Part shown: positions 49,594 through 63,640 of the stretch, in pieces | How the letters are laid out: each line of letters begins with the position of its first letter | Numbering within the stretch: the stretch's first letter is position 1 | Assembly (NCBI GenBank): GCA_039096225.1 | Contig: JBBPEB010000014.1 | Span: 1,798,001-1,862,000, forward strand | Length of the DNA stretch: 64,000 nt | Direction: 5' to 3' | Source: Blastocystis sp. Blastoise | Lineage: Eukaryota > Protista > Bigyra: Opalinata | Translations under genes and position numbers: made by a program | The notes under the pieces: model-generated | What the model was told of the DNA's origin: nothing | The model's input: only the letters and a program-made list of their open reading frames with translations | Databases searched by the model: none

Positions 49594-50156
49594 CAATGAA
49601 TAGATATAGATATAGAAACTAATATTCTTATAGTTTTTGTATATATACTAATAAACTAAAATATAATTATAATTAAACGTATAATAATAAAGATTATAAT
49701 ATATAATAATATATAAACATATATATACTTGATTGAGTTCCACATGTTCTAGAAGCAAAGAATATAGATATAGAATAGGTGATTCCAGGAATAAGACCTA
49801 ATTTATCTGCATAATTCGTTATATTAATATGAGAACCAACTGGAGTATTATAACTATATATATAATAATAATATATAAAATATAATATATACCCTCCATA
49901 ATCTAAGAATAAATGTTTATTAATAAAAACCCATAATCCATTATTCGTTTCAAAATCTATAAATTGATCTGTTCTATTCTCATATCTATATATATAATAA
50001 TAATATTATATAAATATAAAATAATAATATACAAGAAGAATAGATTTGTTTTCATAGTAAACCAGAATTTCTTACCAATATATTCTTCTATTGGACTTAA
50101 TGCATATCCTCCTTTTACATCTGTTAAAGGAAAATAAGTAGGACTAGAAGATATAG

Positions 50157-50192
<36 letters not shown>

Positions 50193-50418
50193 GAGAAATA
50201 GCAACAAAAATTCGAATATTATTATCAGCATAATCATTCACTTTATCACATACTGTTTCTACTCTATCTTCTTTTGAATATAAATTTGAATATATATATC
50301 TATATATAATAGAATAAATAAATATAAAAAATATACTTTGGATAATTTGAAGGTTGTTTTGTAATAAAATTATCTGTATAATGAATATTATAATCACGAA
50401 TACCAACTCATTTCTCAT
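49534..50418 (-). CDS. fibro-slime/PA14 (psi-factor-like) domain protein, possibly disrupted
   Basis: Exons give GIRDY, YSISSSPTYFPL, FWFTMKTNLFFLY, NGLWVFINKHLFLDYGG and LGLIPGITYSISIFFASR. There is an in-frame TGA just before GIRDY and a TA run at 50161-50190; upstream exons may extend to about 51030. Confidence 0.65.
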
Positions 50419-52066
50419 CTATATATATAATGCATATATTCTATATACAAATATACAAATAAATAAATTCTTATATTAATAATTAAATTAAATACATATA
50501 AATAAACATATAAATAAACATATATATATATATACAAACTATTTTACAACTGATATCGTATTTGGTATTTGAAAATATCAGAGAAACCACAAGATTCAAG
50601 AATGGAGTAAGAAATAACTTTTCTATATAATATATAAATTGTAAATATATATAAAATATGAATAGAGTAACTAAAAATCAAATGAATATTTTTGATAGGA
50701 AAAGAGAAAAAAGAGAAATGTGCCAATGCAATATAAAATTAAATAGATATATTTATATACGCTCTATATTGTCTCGACTTGTTGTTTAGAAGAAGTACTG
50801 ACGAGAATAACCAAGAAATCTAAGAGAATAAAAAAAGAAATGTAATAAAATACCTTATAATAAATAAACACACAAGTCTCTGTTATGTACCTTTCTAAAA
50901 CTGGTCAAGGAGAATGTCTGAAAGGAAGAGGATATCCAGAATCGAAAACCTATAAGAATGATGTAAAACACTATGATAAATTTTATAAATAAATACTAAC
51001 ACATTATGAACACTGCTTAGAAACATCTATAATAACTGTAATCAGTTCTAGTATGTTTATATAAACAACAAATTTAAAAATATATATATGAATTCACTAT
51101 CAGCGATTTCCATGAATAAAAATGGCCTTCTTTGTCACGTTTTGCTTTTTGGATTTAAGATTTTTTCAGAACAATTAAACAAGGAAAAAAAATACCCTCC
51201 ACAGAATAAACAACAAAAAGCATAAAAAAACCCAATGAAGATTTTTAGTATATACACGATGATTATTTTTGGTCGCTCTTTGAATAATTAATTTAAAAAC
51301 TATTTAATGATTTAAATTTATCTTTGTTATTTTCATAAACTACTCTATACGCAACTATGGCTTTAACCATTATAACAAAAATTAGAAAACAAAACGAGTA
51401 AATTGTAAATAAATTCTAATTGTGAAATAACATTAAAACATTTTTTTAAATCTATCTACTGGTGGTAATTACTTCTGTCTATAAATACTCTATATAAAAA
51501 AAATAAGTTAGAATTATTCAAATCAATAAATAGTTATACATACCTAATTCACATCGTTAAAGATAGCTGTCATTTCAATGCACGTTACAATTTATATGAA
51601 GCAACTAAAGAAAGGGATATTGATAGTTAATTAAATAATAGTAACAAAGAATTATAGAAATACGAAACAAAATACTTGCTACCCTTGAATAATCAAACAC
51701 CTGACATTCTATATAAAAAGATGTTATGATATTTTACAACATTATATACATTAACAAGATAATTGATTCGAAAATTGATAGACACCTAGACACAATAATA
51801 CTTTAATACTGTTTAAAAGTAAAATACATTTTCAAAGAGTATAGTTATTGAATATGTTCATTGATATTTTTGTTGTGAGATAAACAAAGCAATAAAATAA
51901 AATATGAATGTATGGTGTAAAACAAAAAATAAAGTCAGCATAAAAATATATTCTATTAAAAATACTTAGCCAATCATTTTAATATAAATCAAAAGAATTA
52001 TAGTGTAGAAGATAAATAGCCAATCATTATGAAATAGAATAAAGGAATAAAGAAAAATAGAATAAT

Positions 52067-52861
52067 TCAAAGATTTATCCTGAGAATGGTAGAATCTCTT
52101 GGCATTTCTGCAAATTGTTTATTATTGTTTCATAATGTATATATGTATAAGAACTTGTATTTGGAAAAGGACTAATTGGAATCCATTTGCCAAACTAAAA
52201 ATAAAGAATATTATATAAAAGAATGATAAAAGAAACGTATAAAAGCATACAATCTCAGAGGATCCTGAGTCATGTATTTCTATTTCTCTATCTAAATGAA
52301 ACCCAAAGAATTGAGGAAACGAGCCTTTTCGACGACGATTAGTAATACATTCACGAACACAAACCATTATAATTTCATCACTATAATTATCTTGTTTCTC
52401 ATATGTATGCAAATAAAGACGAGCAAGACGACAAATATATATGTAGACCTCTGACTCATGATCTAAACATATATTATTCTTTTTTAATGTAAACATGGAT
52501 TTTGCATTTTTTCGTATAGCTTCAGGTAAGCAAAAAGGAATTACCTTTATTATAGTCTATTGAATTAAACATTATATATGTATACAATAAATACTTTTAA
52601 TTTATTTGAATTCAACTTCTTGTTTCTAAATGGAATATCTCTTTTAATGGAAAGTCTTCTTATCATAGCCTCACATTCTATAAAAACATCTGAGCAACGA
52701 ATAGTCTTTTCTAAATAATTATTACCAAAGAATTAAATTGAAATACCATTTGTCTCTTCACCTTTTAATTCGTTAAAATAATGTTCGATAGCTTTATAGA
52801 TATCTTCTTGAAGACTATCAATTTTATTTCTTTCTAATGAAGATAAAGTAGATGATTCCAT
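52067..52861 (-). CDS. 4-exon hypothetical protein divergent from the CACTA transposase (possible element accessory ORF)
   Basis: MESSTLSS... splices in frame through three GT-AG introns to ...ILRINL* (TGA 52067-52069). Contains VRECITNRRRK. Confidence 0.7.
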
Positions 52862-53058
52862 GAAAAAGAAAGTAAAAGAAAAAATATATATGAAAACCGT
52901 GATAATAATCAGTAAAATTCTACAGAAGAAATGAATTTTATTTTTTTTAATAAACATTTTTCATAGTATTTGTTATAATGAATAATTATAGACATAAGAT
53001 ATCTAATAAGAAGAAATCAGGAATAAATAGTAAGATATAAAAATAAGAAATAACATTA

Positions 53059-56000
53059 ATGATCATAGCAACATTATTATCTGAGAGACATGACACTTAT
53101 CATAGATCAACTACCTTGATTGCAGATGAAATCAACAATGTGAATATTTCTTTAAATAATGAGAATACACCAATTGAGATAGAAAATGGTGATATTATAA
53201 GGCAGATCATGCAACTCATCTTATCACAAAAAGTATACGGTTTATATTAATATATATATAATATATACCTCTCTTTTAATATAAGCCATTATTATATTTC
53301 TTCAACACAATACCTACTAATCATTTTATCTAGATAATTCATGAGAAAGTGAGTACAAAAGAGGATGCCATGAATGACCTAATTTTTGAGTGTTGGAGAA
53401 AACTAGGTATTAGCTTTCAAAAAGTAGCAAATTTGTATGAATTAATAAATAATTTAATAAGCGAATTTGACATTGATCTTCCTATATTAACAATACCCAA
53501 ATGCTCACAAAATATTGTAAGAAAATATGTTAGAAATTCTATATATAAGCCTCTTCATATAAATATATTTTCATGTAATAAGTGTCATGTAATACATACA
53601 TATAATACAATACAAGCATATCCATTATTTAAAGATATAACATGTAGTAATCCTATATGCAACGGAAATATATGTATATATTTCTAGAAGTAGTTATATA
53701 TATATATATATATATCACAAAACATTATATAATTCTTATATAGGTAACAAACAAGTTATTATTCCACTAATTCCCCGACTTCAAGCCATACTTTCATCTC
53801 CATATTATATACAAGATATTGAATTTTATCGAAAAGATGAGATAGAACAAATATATAGTAGTCTTAATAATAGTAACCTAGATTCAATGATTCAAAATAT
53901 ACCAAATTACATGCTAGGAATGAATTATAAATCATATCTTAGAGATTGTGCCAATAATGGTGATATCATTTTATCATTCAACGTTACTACAGACGGTATA
54001 TCGATGTTTGATAAGGCTGTTACTAAGCAGAATAGTTCTTCAAACCCAATTTTGATCCAATTATTAAATTATAAGAAATTTAGAAAGTACGATAAAAGAG
54101 AGTTCTATATGTATACTTGCGTAGATGAGCCTTCTATTGACTTATGCCTTGATATACTGATGGCTGAATTCAAGTTACTCCAAGCTGGAATAAACATGGA
54201 TATTTATCTTGATGGGAGATTACAGAATAGGAAAGTAGTTGGCATATTAATTAATACATTTGGAGATTCTGCAGCATTATCTCATGTAGGTAAATTTTTA
54301 GGTCCATCATCTACATATCCTTGTAGATTTTGCGATATGCAAAGCGATAAGCATGCTGAACTATTACATGAAGGTATGAAGTGTTCCTATTCTCATGTAT
54401 CTATATCAGTTCAAAAGTCGAATACTGGAGTCCATATATATATTCCATGTTATCAGTTTCTTCTTAAATGGATTAATAAAACGAATACTTATATAAATAG
54501 TAAACCATATATCATGTACAAATCCTTTTCGAAGAGTTGTAAGTTATATGAAGATTCATTTACTAATATTAGATACAATCCATATTCTAAAGAAGTAATT
54601 ACTGAAATAAGAAGTAGTAATAATGATAATCCATCCTACAATAAAGGAATAAAAAAGGTAAGAAGTACTTCTGAACAACTTAGCTACTTTAATCCTTCAA
54701 CATCATTTCCATTAGATACTATGCATCTTTTTGGAAATGTTTGTAATACTTTATTAAGTTTATTATTTGGATTCAAGAAGGAAAATAAAAATAAAAGTAA
54801 GAAGAAGGAAGAAAGTAATAAAAGTAAGAAGAAGAAAGAAAGTAATAAAGGTAAGAAGAGGAAAAATAGTAATAAAGGTAAGAAGAAGAAAGATAGTAAT
54901 AAATGTAATATGAAGGAAGATAGTAATGAAAGTAATATGAAGGAAGATAGTAATATGAAGGAAGATAGTAATGTAAGTAATATGAAGGAAGATCAATCGA
55001 ATAAAAAGACATCCTCAAATGAAAAAGAAAATGATAATACTAAAGAAAACCAGAGGAAACCATTTGAACTAAACCCAACAAATAAAAGCATTTTGGAAAC
55101 ACGTATCTCAGCAGTTAATAGTATATATGGGGATTGTGAATACCAGTTTCGTTATATACTAGATGAAACAATGTTCAACAAAATAAATACACACACGAAA
55201 ATATTTTTCGTTTCTAAAATATTACCATTAATATTATATGATTTTAATTCAAAAGACAGTCCTATAATACCTCTTTTCGAATTATTAGCTTCTATTATTC
55301 ATGATTGCCATATATATAAAGCGAATGATATCGAAGACTTGGAAATGCTTGAAAAGAAATGTTTTACATTCACATTTCTCTGTGAGCTTATACTGCCAAA
55401 GCAATTAATTACATCTCAAATACATTCTATCCAGCACTTGGTCTCATGTTTAAGAAATACAGGAAGCTTATCAGTAACATCAACTTGGAAATCAGAATCA
55501 TATTATTCTAAAATTAAGCACTCATCTCATTCTCGCAATGAATTTAATATTTCCTGCTGCATGTCATCAATAACCAAAGAAACAATTTTAGTATCTAATG
55601 ATCATCAAGGAAGATCCAATAACAGAAACGAAATAAGTAATATATCTCAACCATGTGAAGATATGCAACATGATAAGAATACTATTTACTATAATCCTGT
55701 TGGAAACAATAAAACATATATATATTCTGCTAGTTGTTCTCATTATTCTGAACCGATAGAGATGCCAGATAAAGTACTTTTCCAGTTTCTCAAAATAATT
55801 CTTGAAGAAGGATCTCAAACACTTATTAATTATCTAATAGATGGTATTATTGGTTGGACAGGAGAAAATAGAAATTATAATTTAAACTTATTTATAGAAA
55901 ATAATTTTCATCAGTTGAAGGATAATTATAATAAACTATCTGTTAGTTTCTATGATAGAATCCTTGTTAATAACAAACTTATATATACAACCAGCCAAGT

Positions 56001-56310
56001 TGATGATGGTGTACATAGAATAGATAATTCATACTTGATATATTATGAAAAAGAAAATAATCATCAGCCACATCTTGTAAAGGCCTTAAAATATATAAAG
56101 GTGAATGATTCCATATTTGTAATGAATTACGATTATGGTCCAGCATTATCATCTGCAACAGGATTATATTATCACTTTATGGACAGTCAAGGGTTTCAAG
56201 GATTCCAAAATATTAACATATTTCTTGCTTCAAACGTTTTAGTAATGGATATACATACAAATAAAACCCCTGATGACATTCTTTGTGAAGTATATACTTA
56301 TATTAATTAA
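53059..56310 (+). CDS. CACTA/Mirage (CMC superfamily) transposase, 3 exons, about 1026 aa
   Basis: Exons 53059-53232, 53334-53673 and 53744-56310 are in frame. Motifs: CxxC..CxxxxC, IPLIPRLQ, TDGISMF, PILIQLLN, GDSAALS...YPCRFC, LDTMH, HSIQHL...GSL...TWKSES. Confidence 0.85.
54775..55000 (+). repeat. coding tandem repeats (KKKESNK / MKEDSN) in the transposase
   Basis: In-frame imperfect repeats such as 'aagaagaaagaaagtaataaa' and 'atgaaggaagatagtaat'. Confidence 0.8.
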
Positions 56311-57879
56311 TAATAAATAATAATATATTCATATTAGTATCATAATAAATACATCGTATGTATATTAGTAATAGTTATTTAGTATCATTTTTTATATTTC
56401 ATTGTGTAGATAAATCTTTTAATTACTAATATAATAATTATTATAATGAATTCATTTTACTTTTATATATATTTAATTATCAGAATGATTACCTTCATCT
56501 TTATATGCATATATATATTCTTAATACTAATTATTTATATATTATTAACTATAAAAAATTTTGTCAAATAATATCTTTTATTGTTTCTATACTTTATTCT
56601 TCTTTATATAGGAAAAACAAACCAAAGAAAAGACTATCCAAAGGTCTACGTTGACAGTAACTTCAGAAGATGTTTATACTTATACAACATTTATACCAAA
56701 AGACTACATGCATGTGAATGGGTACATTTCCATGTAAATACTTATAAAATTATATGTATAATCGTATTTAAACTTTGACTTTTTTATAATTTATATTTTT
56801 AATGTATAATTTCATACATATTATCTCTTATAATCACTTTTTGGTTGTTCTTGTTATTAATGAATTTCATAACATAAAAGCAGATCATAGTAGGTTTTTC
56901 TAACTTAATTCAACTTCATAATAGTTAAAATTACAGTGAATAAATGTTTTAAATAATACATAAAAAAATGTTCAAATTCATATCTATTTACAACTTTTTT
57001 CACCAATAATCTATATATATGAAGCAATAATCATCGAACTTTTCAAGTATCTAATATTATATCGAATAATATATATATTATATTGATTTGTACTAAATTC
57101 ATTCATATTTACTGAATATATCCTTATTTCATTGTATTTTTCTATCCATAATAATAAAGCATCTTATTTAAAAACTATTACATGTTCTATTCAAAATAGA
57201 ATGAGCATAGACTTATTTAATTTAATCTTCTAAATTCTCATATATTTTTTTAAATGTTTAATATATAATCCTATTTTATTGTTATTAATTCATAAAGTAA
57301 TTATTACAGTAATATATGTTTTCTATATATTTTACTAAACCATTTTCAATAACCATATTAGTAGATCTTTTGTTACTAATAAATGAAATATTAATGGCAA
57401 ACCATAATGAGTAATATATGATTTTTGTATGAACAGTCATATGATGAGAGTAAGAAAAGAGATAGAAGAAAAAATAATTAAAAGGAGAATCTGCATAGCA
57501 ATACTATATTATAATCTCATTAATCTATAGTATTATTAGTAGTAATAATAGACATTCATTGATAGTTGTGATAGAACTATTTATGATCTAAGATCAGTAG
57601 AGGTTATAAAGAAAGTAATAGTACTTCAAGTATTATTACTTATGGTATTCTTTCTTTAAAGATATGATTACGAAAACCGAATTACATATTGATATCATAA
57701 CATTTTTGGTATTTAAATTAATTTAAAAACTGTTAGTAAAGGAGGTACAATCATTTAATGACATAGCATAATATTTTAATTGATTCAAAATGTAAGAGAA
57801 ATTAGAAAACAAGAATAGAAAACATAATTATAATCTTATCATTGTTCTTATTAATAACTACTATTATACGTAGTATTAG

Positions 57880-60800
57880 GAGAAGAAAGAGGAAAAATAT
57901 AAAAGGTATTGCATAGTAGTATATTCCAAATATATAAGTATTAACAATATTAGAAGCAATAGACAGAAAAAGGATTTGGTGTATAATAGTTTAAGTAGCA
58001 GAATATCATTAGTATTAGATATAGTATTATTGGAATAAGAATGTAAAAAGACATGACACATATAAAATATCTTTAATATCATTACAACTAGACATAATAA
58101 TAACGGTAGTAGTAGCACAAAATATTTCTATTATATTTAAGAATTCTTATAATTATTATGAGCATGCGTATTATAACGAAAACAAGAAGAAAATTGTAGG
58201 AGTTTAGTAATAGTAGTAGTGTCATCATCAGCTTATTATATAAAAATACAAGGAGACATAACAGTATGGGTATGTTCTAACAAGAGGAAGATTATTTTGA
58301 AGAAATATTTGTATTACGATGAAAATATAATCAGTTGTTAGAATAAAAAGGCTTATACTAGTAATACTATTATACTTCATGATCTTCTGATTGTTATATA
58401 GAGAAGACTATTAATATTATTGATTCTTTATTAGTATTAGTATATGTACTATTATTTATAATCTTAGTATCTTAGTATTTGCATCCAAATTACTGATTCT
58501 TAATATAGCATTCATTCTTCTTCATGCTTTATTATTATTCTTATTGTTAATACACTTGATATGACTTTTGTTTTTGTTATTAATAACTGTAATATACAGC
58601 AGTAATATATGGAAGTAATAATATTTAAGGATGTAGTAATAATAGTATCATAAAGAAGTAATATTATCATAAAGAAGTAATAGTATCATAAAGAAGTAAT
58701 AGTATTATAAAGAAGTAATAGTATTATAAAGAAGTAATAGTATTATAAAGAAGTAATAGTATCATAAAGAAATAAAAGTATTGTAAAGAAGTAATAGTAT
58801 TGTACAGAAGTAATATTATTATAAGGAAGTAGTTACATTATAAGGAAGTAATAATATTATAAGTAAGTAGTTAAATTATAAGTAAGTAATATTATAATGA
58901 AGTAGTAATATTATTATTATAAGTAAGTAGTAACATTATAAGTTATATTATTAAAATGAAGTAATAATATTGTAATGAAGTAATATTATAAGTAAGTAGT
59001 AATAATATTATTATAAGTAAATGGTAACATTATAAGTTATATTATTATAATGAAGTCATAGTATTATAAGGAAGTCATATTATAATGAAGTAATAATATT
59101 ATAAGGAAGTAATAATATTATAAGGAATTAATATTATTATAAGTAAGTAGTAATAATATTATTATAAGTAAGTAATAATATTATAATGAAGTAATAGTAT
59201 TATATAGATGTAATAATATTATAAGGAAGTAATAGTATTATAAGGAAGTAATAATAATATAAGTAAGTAGTAATAATATTATTATAAGGAAGTAATAATA
59301 TTATGAGGAAGTAATAGTATTGTAAAGAAGTCATAGTATTATAAGGAAGTAATAGTATTATAATGAAGTAATAATATCATAAAGAAGTAATATTATTATA
59401 AAGAAGTAATCTTATTATAAAGAAGTAATAGTATTATAAGGAAGTAATAGTATTATAAGGAAGTAATAATATTATGAGGAAGTAATAATATTATCATAAG
59501 TACTAACATTATAAGTTATATTATTATAGGTAAGTAATAATATTATAAGTAAGTAGTAACATTATAAAGAAGTAGTAACATTATAAAGAAGTAGTAACAT
59601 TATAAAGAAGTAGTAACATTATAAAGAAGTATTAATATTATAAAGAAGTAATAATATTATAAGGAAGTAATAGTATTATAAGGAAATAATAGTATTATGA
59701 GGAAGTAATAATATTATAAGTAAGTAGTAATAATATTATAAGTACTGACATTATAAGTTATAATATTATAAGGAAGTAATAGTATTATGAGGAAGTAATA
59801 GTATTATGAGGAAGTAATAGTATTATAAGAAAGTAATAGTATTATAAGAAAGTAATAGTATTATGAGGAAGTAATAGTATTATGAGGAAGTAATAGTATT
59901 ATAAGGAAGTAATAGTATTATGAGGAAGTAATAATATTATAATGAAGTAATAATATTATAAGTAAGTAGTAATATTATAAAGAAGTAATAATATTATAAG
60001 GAAATAATAATATTATGAGGAAGTAATAGTATTATAAAGAAGTAATAGTATTATAAGGAAGTAATAGTATTATAAGGAAGTAATAATATTATAAGGAAGT
60101 AATAATATTATAAGTAAGTAGTAATAATATTATAAGTACTAACATTATAAGTTATAATATTATAAAGAAGTAATAATATTATAAGGAAGTAATAATATTA
60201 TAAGTAAGTAATAATATTATAAGTAAGTAGTAATAATATTATAAAGAAGTAATAGTATTATGAGGAAGTAATAGTATTATAAGGAAGTAATAGTATTATA
60301 AGTACTAACATTATAAGTTATATTATTATAAGTAAGTAATAATATTATGAGGAAGTAATAGTATTATGAGGAAGTAATAGTATTATAAGTACTAACATTA
60401 TAAGTTATATTATTATAAGTAAGTAATAATATTATAAGTAAGTAATAATATTATAAGGAAGTAATAGTATTATAAGTAAGTAATAATATTATAAGGAAGT
60501 AATAATACTATAAGTACTAACATTATAAGTTATATTATTATAAGTAAGTAATATTATTATAGGAAAGTAATAATATTATAAGTAAGTAGTAACATTATAA
60601 GGAAGTAATAATATTATAAAGAAGTAATAATAATATGAGGAAGTAATAATATTATGAGGAATTAATATTATCATAAGTAAGTAGTAATAATATAAGGAAG
60701 TAATAATATTATAAGGAATTAGTATTATCATAAGTAAGTAGTAATAATATTATTATAAGTAAGTAGTAATATTATTATAGGAAAGTAATAATATTATAAG

Positions 60801-61517
60801 GAAGTAGTAGTAATAAGGAAGCAATTACAATATTATTATAAAGAAGTTGTAATAATATTATAGGTAAGTAATATTATTATAGGTAAGTAATAATAGTATT
60901 ATAGGAAAGTAATAATATTATAAGGAAGTAGTATTAATATTATTATAGGTAAGTAATAATATTACAGGTAAGTAATAATATTACAGGTAAGTAATAATAT
61001 TATAGGTAAGTAATATTATTATAGGTAAATAGTAATAATATTATAGGTAAGTAATAATATTATAGGTAAATAGTAATAATATTATAGGTAAGTAATAATA
61101 TTATAGGTAAGTAATAATATTATAAGGAAGTAATAATATTATAAGGAAGTAGTAGTAATAATTTTATAGGTAAGTAATAATATTATAAGGAAGTAGTAGT
61201 AATAATAATAGTATAAGTAATAGTATTATAAGGAAGTAATAATACTATTATTATCGCCAAAAAAGTTAATTTCATCATTCATATTATTCTTCTTAGTTAT
61301 AACATTAATATAATTCTTATCATTATTATAAGATAATATATTATTATTATAATTAGTACCTATAAGGCACTCATACTTATATTCTTATTATTTTCTTTAC
61401 ATGATTCTTTTTATTCTTATTATAATATCATAAAATCTAGAAGTGAGAAATAAAATTATGAAAAGCAGAATCTATAGAATGTAAATAAATATTTCTGTGT
61501 AACGCTTGTAATAATAA

Positions 61518-61553
<36 letters not shown>

Positions 61554-62899
61554 TATATGTTTCAAGTGGATATTGAGTAGTTGATATATCTAATAGTAAT
61601 TGAGAGCAGGCATGATCATTACAGAGATTAAGGAATATATCTAAGCAATTTTTAATAATCACTGTATTATCTTCCCAATAACGAAGGTTATTCAAAATTA
61701 CATCGATTAAGTGATTTAATATATTACTCTTCTTACATCTAGACAAAAAATAAGATAAATCATCAATGCAATATTGATAAATTATTTATATATATATTTA
61801 ATTTCTATCTATTAATACATAGCCAATAAATATATATAATTGCTCTTTTCGAGAGGAATTCATATCAAGAAAGGTATCATCAGGAAGACGCTTCTTATTC
61901 TCATATATATATCTATATTTCTGAATTGTTCAAAGAAAATTTAATGATAATTCCATGTTGGAATTAATCCTACTAAATCAATTCTATATATATATATTTA
62001 TACATATATATATATACTGTAAAAACGAAAGCAAAAACAAATGTAATAATATATAATAATATATATAATAATATATAATAACATATTATAATATAGTTTA
62101 TATATATTTACGTTAAGTCAATAACTAGCATTATGTTTAAGTTGAATAACTTCTGTACCTATTAATGATAGTTATTTTGAACCTGTGTTTGCTGAATACT
62201 TGATTAATAAAAACAGTAACAACAGTATTACAAAACCACGAAAGACAGCCTATAAATAATTGTTTAAGAATATATATATTGCTCAATAATTGTTTTATTC
62301 GCCAATTCTTGATAATCTGTAGTATTTACTCATACTTTAGAAAATTGATAAAGAAGGGTCTAGAAATACACGAGAATAGAAGTAATAAATATAATAATGA
62401 ATATAAATATAAACGTATATTTAAATGCAAATATAAACAAAAAAAGAGATTATTATAATAATACTATATACATTATATTCTTCATTAAGAGGATCAAAGC
62501 AGTTACATATATATGTAGTATTCACTTAAAAAAATATCTGACTATTTGAGGTAATTGTTGCATTTCTATGGCTAAGCTTTCTGTATCACTAAGAGGGTTA
62601 TTCATATCATCATCAACATAATCATCTACACTTTCCATTTTACCATTAATATATGCTTGTATTAATTGATGAACAGATTCATTAAAACAACTTGTATTAT
62701 CAATATCTGAACCGATCTGAACATAACGTTCAGCACAAATCAGTCAACTCCATAAAGTAAGTAAATAACTAAAAGAATTACTACACCATTGCCAATTCTT
62801 AAAGGAATCAATAGTAAAATTTGTTAAAAGACGAATAAATTCACTATATCGTGGAGTTCTGAAAAGTTCTGATAACTGGAAATTAGCCTAAAGAAATAG

Positions 62900-62944
<45 letters not shown>

Positions 62945-63640
62945 TTATAGTATAATATATTCGTATATAGAATTCATATAATACATTAATAATAATAATA
63001 ATAAATATATCTATATACTTTAAGTTTTCATAATAATTGACAGAACATATGATAAGTATCTTTATCATCAAATGCATGACTACGAGTTAATTGTTCAAAA
63101 ACCTCTTCAATTAATAATTTTAAGAATTCTAAACGAGATTCAGGTTTAACAAAGAGATAACGTCTCATAGAAGTCATCATTAATAAACAATGTAAACAAG
63201 TGACTGTAGTAGGAGGATAGCAGGAGTAATAACTAGATAAAGAAGATAATGATGACAATAATAATAAGTATAATAATAAGTATAATAATGATAGACATCT
63301 ATTATATAATATATATATATAATAATTACTATACAATGATTTTTAGTAAAGTTAAATAAATGAATAAATACAGAAAAGTATGTAATTCTAAATCAGAACA
63401 AAACATGAATTTAATTTTTGCACAAAAACATATTCTGTTCTTGTTTAATATGATTAGACAAGCCGTAGACAATAGTAACAATCATAAAACTTAACCGATG
63501 TAGTTAATTCACAAAAGAATTGTGGCAGCATAACTTCTTAAATACTCTAATAAATATCCAAAACCATTATTGAAAGGCATAACTTCATTAACAACTGTAA
63601 ACATCGAAAGGAAAAACTAAAAAGACAACAGATTAACAAC
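57880..63640 (-). pseudogene. XPO7: exportin-7/RanBP16-17 pseudogene
   Basis: SMRRYLF, YHMFCQLL*KLK-NFQLSEL, FTIDSFKNWQW, YLLTLWS*L, AYINGKMESV, NNLRYW match XPO7. In-frame TGA at 63028-30 and 62744-46; degenerate remnants (DDDTTTITKLLQF) lie past the repeat array. Confidence 0.8.
58635..61250. repeat. AT-rich minisatellite, about 19-bp unit TAATAGTATTATAAGGAAG, about 2.6 kb
   Basis: More than 100 imperfect tandem copies, with a recurrent variant block agtactaacattataagttat; the + strand has very little C. Confidence 0.92.

Noticed and set aside
44342-51464. CACTAGTAG (44342) and CTACTGGTG (about 51456) as CACTA termini
   Set aside because: Only an 8/9 match with no extension, and they do not enclose the transposase.
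58635-61250. CRISPR-like array or telomeric repeat
   Set aside because: No unique spacers, no G-rich short telomere unit, and the context is eukaryotic.
62744-63030. TGA reassignment or selenocysteine suggested by in-frame TGAs in XPO7 and the fibro-slime gene
   Set aside because: The TGAs align to different residues. Intact genes use TGG for Trp and lack internal TGA, and the gene ending at 52067 terminates on TGA. Pseudogenisation explains it better.
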